Positions 13,214 through 27,600 of a stretch of DNA of 64,000 nucleotides are shown piece after piece. The stretch lies in contig CAIIXF020000001.1 of NCBI GenBank assembly GCA_903813345.2, positions 30,504,001 through 30,568,000 on the forward strand, in the 5' to 3' direction. The position numbers and the translations under genes were made by a program. The first letter of the stretch is position 1. Each line of letters opens with the position of its first letter. The notes under the pieces were generated by a model, which worked only from the letters and a program-made list of their open reading frames with translations, did not search any database and was not told the origin of the DNA. This DNA comes from Owenia fusiformis (taxonomy: Eukaryota).

Positions 13214-14403
13214 CTATTACATGCTTGACTACCTCAGTTTATATGCTTCGATGCCTCTGCCACAGGAATGACTGAATACCTAAAAAAAATACCATTGACA
13301 ATATTTTTCAGACATGAAGGCATTTATCAGCATTTGGTCAAATTACCAGAAAACGGTGAGTCTAAAGAGTAGCAAAACCAAACCAACAAAAAATATGATT
13401 GCTTTTGCCTTACAGTATCACACAAATTATGAATAATTATTGTGTTCAAAAATAATCGTAAACTTAAATTTATAGCACTAATAATATATGCATTGTATAA
13501 TCAATTCTTAAAAGTAAAGTATTGATCTGATCTATTAACTCTTCTGGGGCCCAGGCCAAAAACTTAGTCTGGTAAAACAAGCCTAATGTCAAATAAACTA
13601 GCAGACTGGGAGATTTACTCATAGTCTAAAGCTAGTGAGAGACTTTGATTTATCAAAGCACAAAACATGTTCCAATAACCAGCGCATTCTCCAAGGAAAT
13701 CAGTGCATGTTGAGAAATAAATTATTACCTAAGGATGGACCTACTAATTCTCCCCTGTGTAAAGTTTCAAAGTAAACTATTTTCTGAGTGGTTCTCCTTT
13801 TTATATTGAACACTAATGACTGAATAAATTACTGTTTACATAATTCCTTTTTCTTACTCTTTTCTAATCTTTACATCGAAATTATCATACCAATGATGAC
13901 ACTTGCATTATTTGGGAGAGAATATTTTGTTTGCTCTTTACAATCATACTCATCAGGCATTGTCTTACCTTCCCAATAAACTCATGGTCAATTGATCTCT
14001 GTAATTGATTTTACTGGTTCAATTTCAATTTTAGGTTTACCTCTATTCTAAAGGATAGTACAGGCTGTGGATCCCACAATAGGCTCACCGGATCCCTCCT
14101 AAACTTTGTAGGATTAACAATCATATATTAAGTTGCAAAATATCAAACCCATCTGTTTTGTCTTTTGAAGCTCTTATGAATGATTGAAAATAAAAAGAGA
14201 ATACTGTATAAATTACTTGCTGTCTATGGTGATAAACCTGAAAATAAGAACATAAATCACAGATTCCAATTTCGAGTACAAAGCTTCAGAACTCGACAAA
14301 CTTCACAAATTACAACAACCTTGTATTGCGAAGAGAATAACGTAGGTTGTCAAAAGTATATGTCATGACGTCCTACCTTGTCAACTCTAGTTTGTTTTCC
14401 AAG

Positions 14404-15444
14404 TTATAATATACTAGTGTTTCGACTAAACGATTCCCTTTTACATTTTCTGCGTCGAAGAAATTTACATAATGCCTGTCGAAAATCCTTTCCTATGAAA
14501 AAGTAAAACAGGAAATTAATAGATGAGTTGCATGTTAATATTAAATTACCAATTAAGTTTAGGTAGGTACTTCGCACTTTGTCATCATCACGTATAAGAT
14601 ATGAAAGACAAGCAACAGTCCAGACTAGTGATGATATAATAAAAACGGACACGATTCCTATCATCTGAAATGTAAAATGTCTCTCCCTTCTCTGATGATG
14701 CGTAAGGGATGACACTGCCTTAGCTGATTTACGTACGGATTGAATCAGGCGAATATTGAGTCCCATAGTAACAATTACAGGCCCCATTAGTCTGAAAGTA
14801 GTGTTTAGGATTACATCATAAAACAGTTTGTAGTCTTTTGAGTTGTATAAAGCCGTTCCATTAAGGCCAAATACATCATCACATGTTCTATTGTTTAAGA
14901 ACCATCCCTGCTTCTCGGCCTTGACTTCAAAGATACGAGGAATGCTGAATACAAAAGCAGCCATGGCCAGTAAAACAGCGCAAACATGAGCTGTTGTTTT
15001 ATTGAAAATCTGCAAAGCATTGTGTGGTTTACACACATATATATATCTATCCACTGTTACCAGTACAATCATCCACGTTGCCCATATTTGGGTTGATGAT
15101 ACCAACAAAAATAATGTTGGTAATATCTGTATCAATCCATTGTTTATGTAAATTTGAAGAGGATAAAAACGTACATGAGTTAACAAGTTGATGATAGCCA
15201 GGAATATAACGGTGAACAGGTAACTTATATCGGCAATGGCTAGGTACTTTAGCACAATAACATGGGTCGTACTTGGTCGTATCTTTGATAATCCCAGAAC
15301 TGATAATCCATTCCCAACAGTGCCTAGCAATCCTATCAGTACATGAAGTATATTGGTAACTGCATGCGCCACTAAAGGACTAGTGTTGTTGGTGTTTACT
15401 GAGCTGTAAATAGCACTCGGGATCAAGCAAGTTGAATTCATCAT
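14404..15444 (-). CDS. Intronless rhodopsin-family (class A) peptide GPCR, FMRFamide-receptor-like
   Basis: 346 aa from the first ATG (the ORF track starts at an upstream TTG). Seven hydrophobic segments, N-terminal N-glycosylation sequons, TM1 GxxGN, TM2 LAIAD, TM3 VDRYIYVCKP, TM4 IPRIFE, TM7 NSSINFLFY, basic Cys-containing tail. Confidence 0.9.
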   Translation of the reverse strand: MMNSTCLIPSAIYSSVNTNNTSPLVAHAVTNILHVLIGLLGTVGNGLSVLGLSKIRPSTTHVIVLKYLAIADISYLFTVIFLAIINLLTHVRFYPLQIYINNGLIQILPTLFLLVSSTQIWATWMIVLVTVDRYIYVCKPHNALQIFNKTTAHVCAVLLAMAAFVFSIPRIFEVKAEKQGWFLNNRTCDDVFGLNGTALYNSKDYKLFYDVILNTTFRLMGPVIVTMGLNIRLIQSVRKSAKAVSSLTHHQRRERHFTFQMIGIVSVFIISSLVWTVACLSYLIRDDDKVRSTYLNLIGNLILTCNSSINFLFYFFIGKDFRQALCKFLRRRKCKRESFSRNTSIL

Positions 15445-18400
15445 TCCTTTCAAGTCTTATGACAAGTGAATAATGGGATTCCAATAAGCAATTCAACTTT
15501 TTAAATCATTAACTGATTTCATGTCCACTATATGCTGGGATTTAAAATGTAATTAATCTATTTATATGAACTTCATCATTATATTTATTTTATTTTTTCA
15601 TATTTCCATTCATCTTAAAATAATGTCTGCAGAAAATATTTTCTTCAGTGTCAAGAAGTCTATGAAATATATCGCCCACGTTACAGGTAATCAATACATG
15701 TAATGGTGACTATCTCCTTTGTATAACACTATCCAAATAAAATAGGTAATCTTTCAGCTAAGTCACTTAGCCGTTTTTTTTTCTTAATATATGCTTCCCA
15801 TTACTAATAATATTCATTCTTTTACAATCCATATATATCTCTACTTGTTTGCCATAATTAAAATATTCACATGACAGGTGTCATAATTAATGCACATTAG
15901 TCTCGGCATAGACCTGCATTCATACCAAAGTACAAACGTAAACAACTAACATAGTCAGGCAGTAAACTGTTCATTTCCAATATTTTTACAAACATTTATC
16001 CAGCTGTAGATGCTTAGTAAACCTGCTGAATGTAACTAATTGTAGAAGTCCTGTGAGATACATTTCGAAAATCATTAAAGTTCAGTTATGAATGAATGTC
16101 TTAAAGTGATTTACAGCATCTCTTTATTCAACCATATAAGTACTTACTTATTTTGCAGGTCATTAAATTCCAGTTTATACTTTATAATGGTAATATTTCT
16201 ACTGATCCAAATGTATAAATGTTTGTTAAACTGCCGGTTCCACATTGTTTATCCAGCCATATATATTAACAATAGTAATTTATGCAGTTTCCTGTTAAGA
16301 TAAATAAATATTCCCTTTAAAAATGTGCATTATTTGTAAAAAGCGATCAAAACAGTTATTAATGTTTAATCAGACTGCTATTGTTAGAAAAGTCCTTTCA
16401 ATCCAATATATTCCTAATCTCTAAACAGAACAATCATTTATCACTTCTCATCCCGCTCATATCTTCAGTGGGAATTGAAAGTCTAAAGACCTCTTGATGA
16501 AATGTACAATCGAAAACATATTTCTTTGCGGTATTAATCCGAATGATCATTGAACTATGTCATTTCACAAATGAGGAATGAGTCTTAATAAGTCTCTGGT
16601 TTAACCTCACAGCATTTCACAAGGTGTCTTCATTATCCCTCATTGAGTATCATAATATTAATAAATTTTCATCAGCACAGTGTTACTTGTTATAGTATTT
16701 TGTTTCATTACTCCTATTCATATCATAAAAAACTTCAGGATATGAAGCACCACAGGTTGTGTGTAAGAACTCCTATTAAATGATTAAATCTAGAAGTGGG
16801 TGAATATATATGGTGGCTATAGATGCCACTTGCATCTAGCGATATTATTCACTAGGCAATATATGCATGGTATGCCACTATTCATGACTTCCTAACATTA
16901 GCAATAAGCGCATGTGAACGATGATGTTCTTCTCATATGCTTACACCAATATATATACCAATTTCCAATTGTATGGCAGTTTGGATCATCATAATGTGAT
17001 AGAGGGCTGCCAAAGTCATAATACATTCATTACTGCATCGATTGCAAATGCAATTAATTCTTATTGCTTAATTGTTCATCATGTGCAACCTATTTAGATT
17101 CTGCTTCACAGATTATCAAAACACAAAAGAACAGTCCAGTTTATAATATCCTCCAATCAGATCCAATATCATGAAGTATTTACCAGTTTAAGGTTAATTT
17201 GTTTCAGTGAATGGAAGCTAATTAGAAGAAAACTTCACTCAAGCTGTCACTCACACATATCTACAAATACACGAATCCATGAAAAGTAAGAAAAAAATAT
17301 TTCAAAAAATGTATTATCTTCAAACCTCACAAAAATACTTCACCAGAGGTCCTCAAATATCACATGATTTATAGGCTAACGATCTTCATATTATCTAATC
17401 AAATGTTTTATCACCTGTATCAACAAATGCTTTTTAGTGTATAAAGGGTCTTGTCAACATAAAACTATTTTTTAATCTATTTGCGCAATGTCTCCACTCC
17501 ATCTGTAAGTGATCAGTTGTGTTCAAGACAACTGCATTTATTACATTGGAGATAAGATTTATTAAATTATTACTTCTCAGACTGTGCTCAGAAACTGTAG
17601 AATGTTTCCAACAGACACATAAACAGCTCTCTTCAGCTAATTATTTTCATAGCACTGACTAAATCAATTTTCATCACTTATCATAGACACATGCACATCT
17701 GATGTAGACTTATAACATGTTGACTCCAAATTCACAGTGGGATGAACTGTATCTATTTTCAAAAACAATTTCCCAAAACAACATGAACTGTTTACTTCAA
17801 GCATTCAAATACAAGCATGTTTTTCAAGCAGAAATAGCTTTATTGGGTTCGATTTCTTATTTGGGAATTGCTGTGTGGTAATTATTTTGGTGATTGGCAC
17901 GATGCAGTTTGTTAATGAGGCTTCAATGTAAATAAGGCAACCAGTCAAACACACAGCTAGCTAGGATATCCCTCAAACTGAGTGAAAAATTTGTTCAGCT
18001 ATATTAATAGACTAAATCGGAATAGAAATAATCTTGGTTTACATCAAAATTCAGTCAAAGTGATATCATAATTGAAATCTTTTTATAAAATTACATCTAA
18101 AAGAGTGGTTTCAAAAGTTGTTTATCAACATTGAAAATTTTCGATGAAAATGTGACTTCTAGCTCTGGTAACTACCTACTGGCATCTGGTATTGTCAAAT
18201 TATCTAGTTCAGATTTATCAGAACTGTGTACATGCTCTGTGTTTTCTCATGAATTTTTGTCAAAATACCATGTCAATATAAGTGCCAAGGGATTTAAGAC
18301 TCAAATTATATTCCCTTTAATCAAATCATTTGGGTATAATATACTTATTCTTATCACAGGGGGACATCTGATTGATGATCAGTGCTATTTTATGGAGATT

Positions 18401-18578
18401 CTCCCCTAAGGTTAACCCTATAGTCTACTACATGATATAAGACATTCCCATAATATCTGAGGTAAACATAAAAATCAATAGCCCCTGTAATAACCATATT
18501 TTAGCCAAACATTTTGTTAATTAGTGAAAAATGGTGAAATCTGAAAAATTTATGTAAGTTATATTAGGTTCAACTTAC

Positions 18579-18673
18579 CTGCTTTCCAGCTGGCTTGCCC
18601 AGTGGGTGGACATTTGTTTCTGGGTGCATTTAAGTGATGCCCTTGTAAATTGGTCCAATTGATGTTGCTTGCT
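18579..18673 (-). CDS. SYCP2: SYCP2-like coiled-coil exon (SKQHQLDQFTRASLKCTQKQMSTHWASQLESR); last exon recognised
   Basis: Acceptor CCTGTTTCAG, consensus donor CAG|GTAAGT; phase 0/2. Confidence 0.8.
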
Positions 18674-21600
18674 CTGAAACAGGAACACTTCCAATGAGTA
18701 TATTCAATCTTTTGTATTGTGGGACCCCTAATTTCTAGTTCTTTTCTTGTTATAATACTATGTAATATTAACTTTTTAATTTTCAAACAACATAAGAGAA
18801 AGCATAATAACTCTGATACTATAACTGATGACATTTTGTACATTATGACATCTTCAACATTGCCTGATTAAATGATCACTCTGTGAAGTGCTTTACAAAA
18901 CACACACAATACAAATGATGATATCAATGAGAAGTCGTTAGAAATGAAATAAAATAATGCAAAAATGCTCAGTGACTGATAACAAAAGTCGCTGCATGAA
19001 CTGAAACTCTATCTCTATTAGGGAATTAATATGCTTTTTGTCTACAGGGGCTGATGAAATTCACGTGTATTGTGCAGATTCGAGGGACAATTCACGTTAC
19101 ATGCGCCAAGCAAAAGAAAATATGAGAGGGGTGATGAATAAATCAGCCATTACGGACCACGTCCTTCAGAATAATTGTGTAATGGACTGGAACAATACTA
19201 CAGTTTTGGACAATGACAATAAGAGACTTAAGATGGTTTAAAGAATCTATTTCTATAAAGAAGGAATGAGTTTTTGGTGAATTAATATGACTTAATATTG
19301 TTTTTATTTAATTGTTTTGTAGTGCTTCAGTTCAGTTTTTATACAGTTGAAAACGGATCCAGACAGGATCCGTAACGTCCTGTTTAGTAAAATAAAGGTT
19401 GTCAAAAGAAGAAAAAACATTTTTGTAAGATATGATTTATGTGGCACTCACACAGACATTTCAATTTGAATTCAAAATATTTCAGTTATTGGCCCTTTAA
19501 GGTTGAGTCCATAAAATTCTCCTTTCATAATTTAAGCCTAGAATATTTTCAATAAAATAAGGTCATACAGATCCCATAGTCTTCCTCTGAAAGTGGGCTT
19601 TTGGAGGATAGGCGGATTAACTGATTGAGCAGTCCATCCTCACAGACTTTTTATTCATTAAAATGATGGAAATAATCATCTAATGCATAAAATAAATGAC
19701 AAAACAATATTAAATGATATTTACAAACGGCATAGTGGAAAGGTCATATTCCTACTAATAAGTAATCAGGCGAGTCAGATGTTATTAATAGATTCATTTC
19801 CATACCCATCAGACAAAACTGACTGAAATCAAATAACTTTTAAGAGGATTGTGAAATAGATTGGTAATTATAAGACTATTTGCTGCTCAAATTAATTTGA
19901 AATTGACACTGCCATTCAAAATTCCAAGAATTGCATTGTCCTAGATTCTACAAATCTATTGCTCAGCTCATTAATCTTATTGAAGTACAATATTAAAAGA
20001 ATAGGATTTATATCTATACTATATATACTTATTTCTTCCTCATTTTATTTATCCGAACTAACTTCTAATATTAACAGTAGCATGATTGAGAGTTTGGAGT
20101 AAAGCACAGTTGAAATCATTTAAAAGGCTACTGAATATTATTTGAGGTACCATATTTTATATTTGAAAGTATAATCACACAAATACATTTATAGACTTGA
20201 ATGGTGATTGAACTAAGTTCTTAAATTCCCATTTCAGTGCAAAGTTGTCCACCTCTCAATTCATCAAAAATCAACAAAATTGCACTTCTCGGGTTAAGCT
20301 TACCCTTAATGTTTTCTGAAGGTCGGCGCCAAATGAGTTGAGGAGACTTGACATGCCTGTTGAGAAGTCTTGATTGATGTCAGGCACCTCATATCTATGG
20401 CTCTCTGAGGGGGTGGATTCTAGAGGACCTCCTTCCCCATCAATATCTTCCTGATCAAAGTCAGACAGGTCAGCAACCTCTACAAAATTAAAAGCTTTTA
20501 AGAGCTGTTTCATGTATTCACGTATCAACGGAATTACTTATCTAACATCCTCTGTTAATCATTTTCCATCATCACAGTCAGGTTTAATAACAAAAATCAC
20601 CAGATTCTTATTCTCTCCCATGGACCATACTTAGAAAAATTGAGATAAGTATGAGAGGAACTCTTGATTCTTGTATACTATACCAGTGATTTTTTGAACT
20701 AAGTGAAAAAATCTAATTCAACCTGAAAGAAATGGTCCACAAATTAAAATGGGTCAAAATATCCTAACTTTTCATGATTTACAAAATCCAGTTTTTTATT
20801 CTTTGATGTTTATGAGTACAGACCAATATGGCAGGACAGCATTTTCTTAGTGCCATAATCTAGATATACGCCTCACTTTGTAAAAGCATATTTTCTATGT
20901 ATGACAACCGGCGTTAACTCTTATTAGCTTAATTCACAATAACTAGAATTTAATGACAGACTAGGCCTTTTTCTCACTTGCTAATGCAAATAATGACTTG
21001 GTAAAAAGGGATTCACATTCTTGTTATGATATTTTCTAGCTTGCTTATATTAGTCATAGATCGATGAAAATAGTGTATCAATTTCCTGAATATGGTAAAC
21101 CCAAGCTGAGAAAATAAAGAGCTGAACAATGAATGATTTACTGAACCTTATTTCAGTTGCATTAGAACAAAGAGATCTAAATAAATCAAAAAATAAGCAA
21201 AATAAATCCATTAAAACATGATAAATGCTATTGCTTTGGATTGTAAGGAAGGTGATTATACCATTACCGTGTAGCAATTAAAAATCAGTAGTATTTCATT
21301 AAGATGAAAGACAAATAACACCACAACACACGGTGTAAACAATATCACATCGTTTATATTAGCCATGTATCAATCTATGAAACCCATTACCAAAATAGTA
21401 AGTTAGTTACAGACAAGATTCCATGACCAAAATTGGTTCCCAGGTATGGTGTGCCAAGTGAAGATATATCAGAGACCACCTATTACTACAAGATTTTAAT
21501 AACAATTTTAAAAATAGACATATACTGTATTCTTTTTCTCATTTCTTATGACATAAATATATTAAACAACAAGAGACTTCTCCAACTTCTCCAATGGCCA

Positions 21601-24600
21601 ATGGCATTGAAGATTGAATTTGAAAATGTATAATTTTGGTGACCAAAATTAGGCTGAAAACAATGGATAGAATTAGTTTTCCCTACAGGAAGATAACAAG
21701 GGTTAATATGTTGTTTTCAACTTGATCACATTTTAATCCCATGCCCATTTCAGAAGTAATTGACACAATTCAGACGAAACTTTTGATGGGGTAAAATTTA
21801 AAAAAGGAAGGTTCTGATAACTTTGCTTTGAGGAAAATAGGTTGCAGAAATGGTCAAAGATATGAGTGTGTTAAATCATTTCCCATATCATACACCACCT
21901 GGTCTTCATAATAAAGTACTCAAAATCATTACAATACTGATAAATAATAAAAAAACAAAAAAAACAATACATATAAATACCAACAAAATATAAATAAATC
22001 TCACCTTGTTTTTTACGCTTATAATCAAAGAGGTTCCTTGGTTTGAATGATTGGGCTTCACTATTGTCAACTTCAACCATATTGTCACAATCACCAACTT
22101 CATTAATATTGTCAACTTCACAATCATCATCCGATAAAGGTTCTATCTCAGACACATCTTGCCAATAAGTTAAGAATAAATACATTTGACGACAAATAAT
22201 TTATGTCAAAATGTAAGTTTTAAACAAGTGGTGGAAACATTATGTTGGATAAATAGCTTACTGGACTACTTTGTTGTATTAGTTTACAATGAAAATAGTG
22301 TAAATCATTCAACATGAATATAACATGAGAACTTGAGTGTTAGGAAACAACATTTAAGATAGCTTGTTTGCAGATTAGTTCGCCAATTACAAAAAAATAG
22401 AATGGTACATTTTAGATTGACTTGTCCTATTAAGAACAACTAAATTGCTGATCATCTCAGCGAAAACAAACAACTTATATACAAAATATTAGCATGACAA
22501 AAATTCAACAGCTGCAAATGGTTACAAAAGTGTAACGATTTGTTACAGATATCAATTGTCTAAACAAAACTCCAAAAACTTGTCACAAAAATGAAGACTA
22601 TAACGACACGTCAGTGCTGACATAAAAAGGATATTGGAAGTTTCCGTTTTCTTCTTGCTTTTGGTTTCACCTCAGATACTGGACCTAGAGGAAAATATAG
22701 ATAAATTGATTCTAGTTATACAGAATGCCATCTTTAAAATCCATAATGAACTACACATATATGGACAATTGGTTTCCATCTTCAGGCGAAATAAGACTAT
22801 AATATCCAGGATTGGTAAATTTGATACATATGAAAATGATTTACCAGATTTACAGTTGTCATTATCAGCTTCCTCATATATATCATCAAAGTTGAAAGCT
22901 TCTAAATTAGCCAGCATTCTTTCCTGAAAAATAAATATTATCATTGGCGATATAACCTCTATTGACATAATTAACTAGAGTAGCATATCTACCCTACATA
23001 AAATTATACTGTACATGTACTCCAATATATTAAAATATTTACAATAGCATCACTACCTACATATACTAACCTTATCACACTTTCAAAGATTCAAAAATAT
23101 TCCAGTGTAATTTAATCTTTTTGCGTGAAAAAGATGGCGATGGCAGCATTTGAGACTTTCATTGCACTCTATGCTCACCTTGGGTGTTTTAGGTGTATTT
23201 ACAGGTGATATTTGGCAATCACTAGTGGGCTGTGTACTCAAGTTGAAGTCATACTCATCATCATCAACAGCATCTCTACATGCCTCCATAGAACTGTAAT
23301 GGCTAGTGGCCTACAATGAAATGTTGTGTTTGGGAGGTCTGATGATAGAATTGAGAGAGGTATTGATTATCATAATGATGATATTGTCTTTTGTTCACCA
23401 TTGATTTTGGTATATACTTCACACTTTATGCATAAAAAACTGAGACACGACTCCTTGATTGGCCACGTGTTTTTGTTGTGCAACACCCCACAGTCTCATA
23501 TGATGTATATGGGATCTGAACAACCAAGCCAAGTACTCTTATATAAATAAATATTGCCATGTGTGTAAAGCTCATTGAAATACATATGTAAACATGTAAC
23601 AATAATGAGCAATACGAAAAAATATTTTTCAAATTGATTGCGGATTTCAAGTACCTCACTACAAAGACCACTTAAGTTTGTGTTTTTTTCATGACATTCC
23701 AACATTGATCTAATCCATGTTTGCCACCCACGGGAGATGTACTTTAAATTAGAGATTTAATAAAGAATCTTAATGATATTAATCAAATTTTATTCAATTG
23801 AATAATATTGATTCAAAAACTTAGCATTTTTATCTTTACAATTGTTATTGTAAACTATAAATTAATGAAAATATTAGATCTTTGTGTAACTGGCTGTAAA
23901 TCACCTTCCTTCGTGTTTCTTTTCATTAGTTCAAAGTGAGGCATTTAACTGAATTTAAATGAAAAAAGAGATGGCTTAGATTCCCTATAATATGAATATC
24001 AGCAAATATTTGAAGAGGCTGTCTTTAAGAAACTGATTTTAAGAACCCCCAGCTTTAATTCTTTTTATGATATGTTAACTGGTGGGTTTAATATTCTAAA
24101 TTGTTTTCAAAAAAGAGTAAAATATCATTGAATAAGAGTTGATTCAATAAGCTCAATGTTACATTTCATAAAAGAATGATGTATAATTGCTTCAATGCTG
24201 ACATGTAGAGACAGGGCAAATTTCATAAATGAATGGACTATAAACGATGAAAAATATAATTGTTACCTCAGAGAATGTAGATATCTTCATTTCTTGAGTA
24301 AAGGCCGTCTCACCATCAGATTCAGACATGCCTGTAATTAAAAAAAAATTATAAAAACATCATCTCAGTTAAAGAACAAAGTAATCAGAATTACAACATA
24401 TTAATAAGATACAATAAAAAGTACCTAACAAGGCATTATAACATGCAAAATGTCACCACCTGCTATTTGTTACAGAAACCATGTGTTACAAAAGCCACAG
24501 TCCACTTGTGGTGGTGACATAATAACAATATGTCTAATAAAAACTAGGAACCAATATCTGAATTATATTTTGGGGAATATCAAACACAAACATTAGAATC

Positions 24601-27600
24601 AATCGTTTTAGTACTTACAGTTCAATCTATCTGAGGTTTTTGGAGTGATTGGAGTCTTGCAGATCTGAACATCAAGAGAACCATATTGTCTTTGTCTGGA
24701 TTTAGACTTTGCTGATATTTTGGGGGTCTTCTCAACATGCGATGTTGTGGCTTCAAAAAGGTCACTTCTGGGCTACAAGCAATGAGCAAAATTAGTGTCA
24801 TGGTAATATTTCTAACCTAATATTACGGTTGCATTTCAACAGTAACAATTTACAGTAGATTGGATTATGAGGAACAATCACTATTTATTGTGAGTTATCT
24901 AGTAATATCTTCAGAGACAGAGTACATGTTTAAATGTTGGAAACCTACTTTGAATATTTTTTTCTTCTGTTTGGGGGACCTGCTTATAGTCTGTTTCTGC
25001 TTTTGCTTTACTGAAGATTCAGAATAGTGAAGATTAGGGGATTTGGTCATTTCATTTGTAACATCTAAATTGTTTTGATCTTTCTTCTTCTTTCTCATGG
25101 GAAGCTCACATTCCTGAAAACACCAAGAACATTTCAAGCAATACAAAAAACATCCAGAAAACAATTCCAAAATAATTTTCTCTATTATGACATACAGTGC
25201 AGAAAACACTATTAGACTACACTGGTTATTTTAGACATTTAAAAAAGACTTCCCAAGGACCGCATAGTCCACAGCAACAAAACAACAATGAATTTATGTT
25301 CACAATCATGCACTTTCAGGGATCAACTATTGTGTATTATATCACTCCAAGAATACTGAGTCTTTTCATCACTGAAATATGCAGCACATGCGAACCTGGT
25401 CACTTGGTACTTCCATATCATAGAATGAGATCATATCTTCCATATGGTTGTCAACCTGCTCAGCAGCTAGTTTAGATTTTATTGCTTGAAGTTTGCTTTT
25501 GTGTGAGTAGGATGACTTTGGTTTTGGTTTCTTCTTGCGGCCCAATGATGTCAGCCAACTTGCCTCACTCCTTGTCTCATTATTCTCATCTGTATCTGAG
25601 AATATATTCTTCTTTGCCCCATTTCTTTTCATTTTCTGGAATATGAGAAATTGAAGGAGACCTGGATAGGCTGTTTTTTTTTATCAAAATTAAAATCTTA
25701 ATAAAATAGCCTAAACATTCAATATTTCATCAGAGGTCAGTCAAAAAGAAGTAAAAGAAATCTGGAAGGAATATAATTTACTCAGTGGGACCCCACCATT
25801 ACTATCCAATCTTTGTATGTAAAGTTATGAGATGTACCTTTGCTTCAGGTAGAGACTCTTTCTTTCTGGAATGTGCAGATATATTGAAGCTACTCACGAC
25901 TGACCCAATATCACTGAAACAATGTAATACAAGGTATCGATTACTGTTGATATATTTTGATCTTGAAACATTTCTCTCCACACACAATTACTGACTGAAT
26001 GTTTTATTGAAAATGGCATGTACACATACCTTTCAGATTTCTCAGTGTAATCTACTTTCTTCCGTGGACGTTTGCTTCTCTCTGCTGGTGCTTTGTTCAT
26101 TGATGAGCTGGCTACCAATCCCTTAAATATTTTTTAACATTTTCTGTTTGTATGAAAACTAGAAGAAAAAGCACCACAATAAAATCTTTATACTGTGTTT
26201 ATATTACCAAATTCACCTTGAGTACAACCCAAAATCAGACAATCATTCTAAATTAAACAATATTGGTATTGAATTTGATGGTGTATCAATCATTATCAAC
26301 CTGACAGATCTTGGCAAAGTTGGCCACTGCATTTTCTTCAGCATCAATATTTGACACATCAGCATCTTCTGCTTCTTCATTGAAGGTTTCATCTATCTCT
26401 GGGCAACCATCACTAATCCCTGATAGATCTTTTCTTTCCTTTTCAATACATCTTCTGAAACTCAAAGTTCTATACTATGGAATTTAATACTAGTATCTAC
26501 CCATGTATTGAATGCTTTCTTAGCCAATTACTGTAATATAAATTTATTAGCGTTTTTATACCTGAAACAAATGAGAGAAATAGACGTTAACTAATACCGC
26601 ACATTTATCTTAATAGTAAATAATACATATGGAAAAGTTAATATTTTGATAGTTTTGATGGTCCTTTAAACCTTCTCCTTACCTTTGGTGACTTTCAGAT
26701 TCACCATATCTCTTCTCTCTGTATTTCTTGAGAGATTCACTCCTTGATGCAATCAACTGCCTTTTTTCATCAAGAGATAGATCTTTGTTCTGGATGTTAT
26801 TTTCTGTAGGCCTTTGTTTCTTTTCATTGATTTTTTCATGAGCTGATTGAGGTTCATTTCTTTCTATAGAGATATCTCTTACTTGATAAGAGTCATTGCT
26901 TTTTATTTTTTGATGATTTTCAATGTTTGCTAATGGCTTTCTAGATTTATCTATCTTTTTACTACAGAATGGAACCTCCTCAGTGTTCTGAGCATCCTCT
27001 GCTGGGTCCTGATACACAGCTGTAATGTCCTCATTTGTTGATGAGGTTTTCTTCTTATGTCCTTTAACTTTAGCCTGTTTAGGTTTTTGCACAGCTTCCT
27101 TTTTCTGTTTCCCCAACTCATTGTTTGATTCCATGTAGCTATATTTTGCTTTACTGAGGTTATTTCGATGGGCATTTGAGGTTTCCTGTTTGTTCCAGTT
27201 CCCATATATATCAATATCAGCTTTAGAAGAACAAAGAGGATGTCCTTGTTTTCTACCTGCATCAGGTTCAAAGTCAAACATATCAGCGGATGCTTGAGAA
27301 GGAGTTACACCAACCTCAGCTTTATATTTAGATTTGAAGAACTTGGGTACTTTCTGTGATGAATTATTAAGAGATGCAAATACCTGTTTTTGTTCACCAG
27401 TTCCATCTTTTTTGGCAGGTGGTGAGGATAAATTAATTGGAGAAGAATTCTTGATCTGACTTGTTTGACTATATTGACTCTCCATGAAGTCAAAGTTATC
27501 ATGCATATTTTCAGGTATATCAATGGATGATTTAATGGCCTCTGTCTTTTCAAATGTCTTTGCTGGAGGTTTAAACTTACTTTGTTTGACCCTTTTGGGT

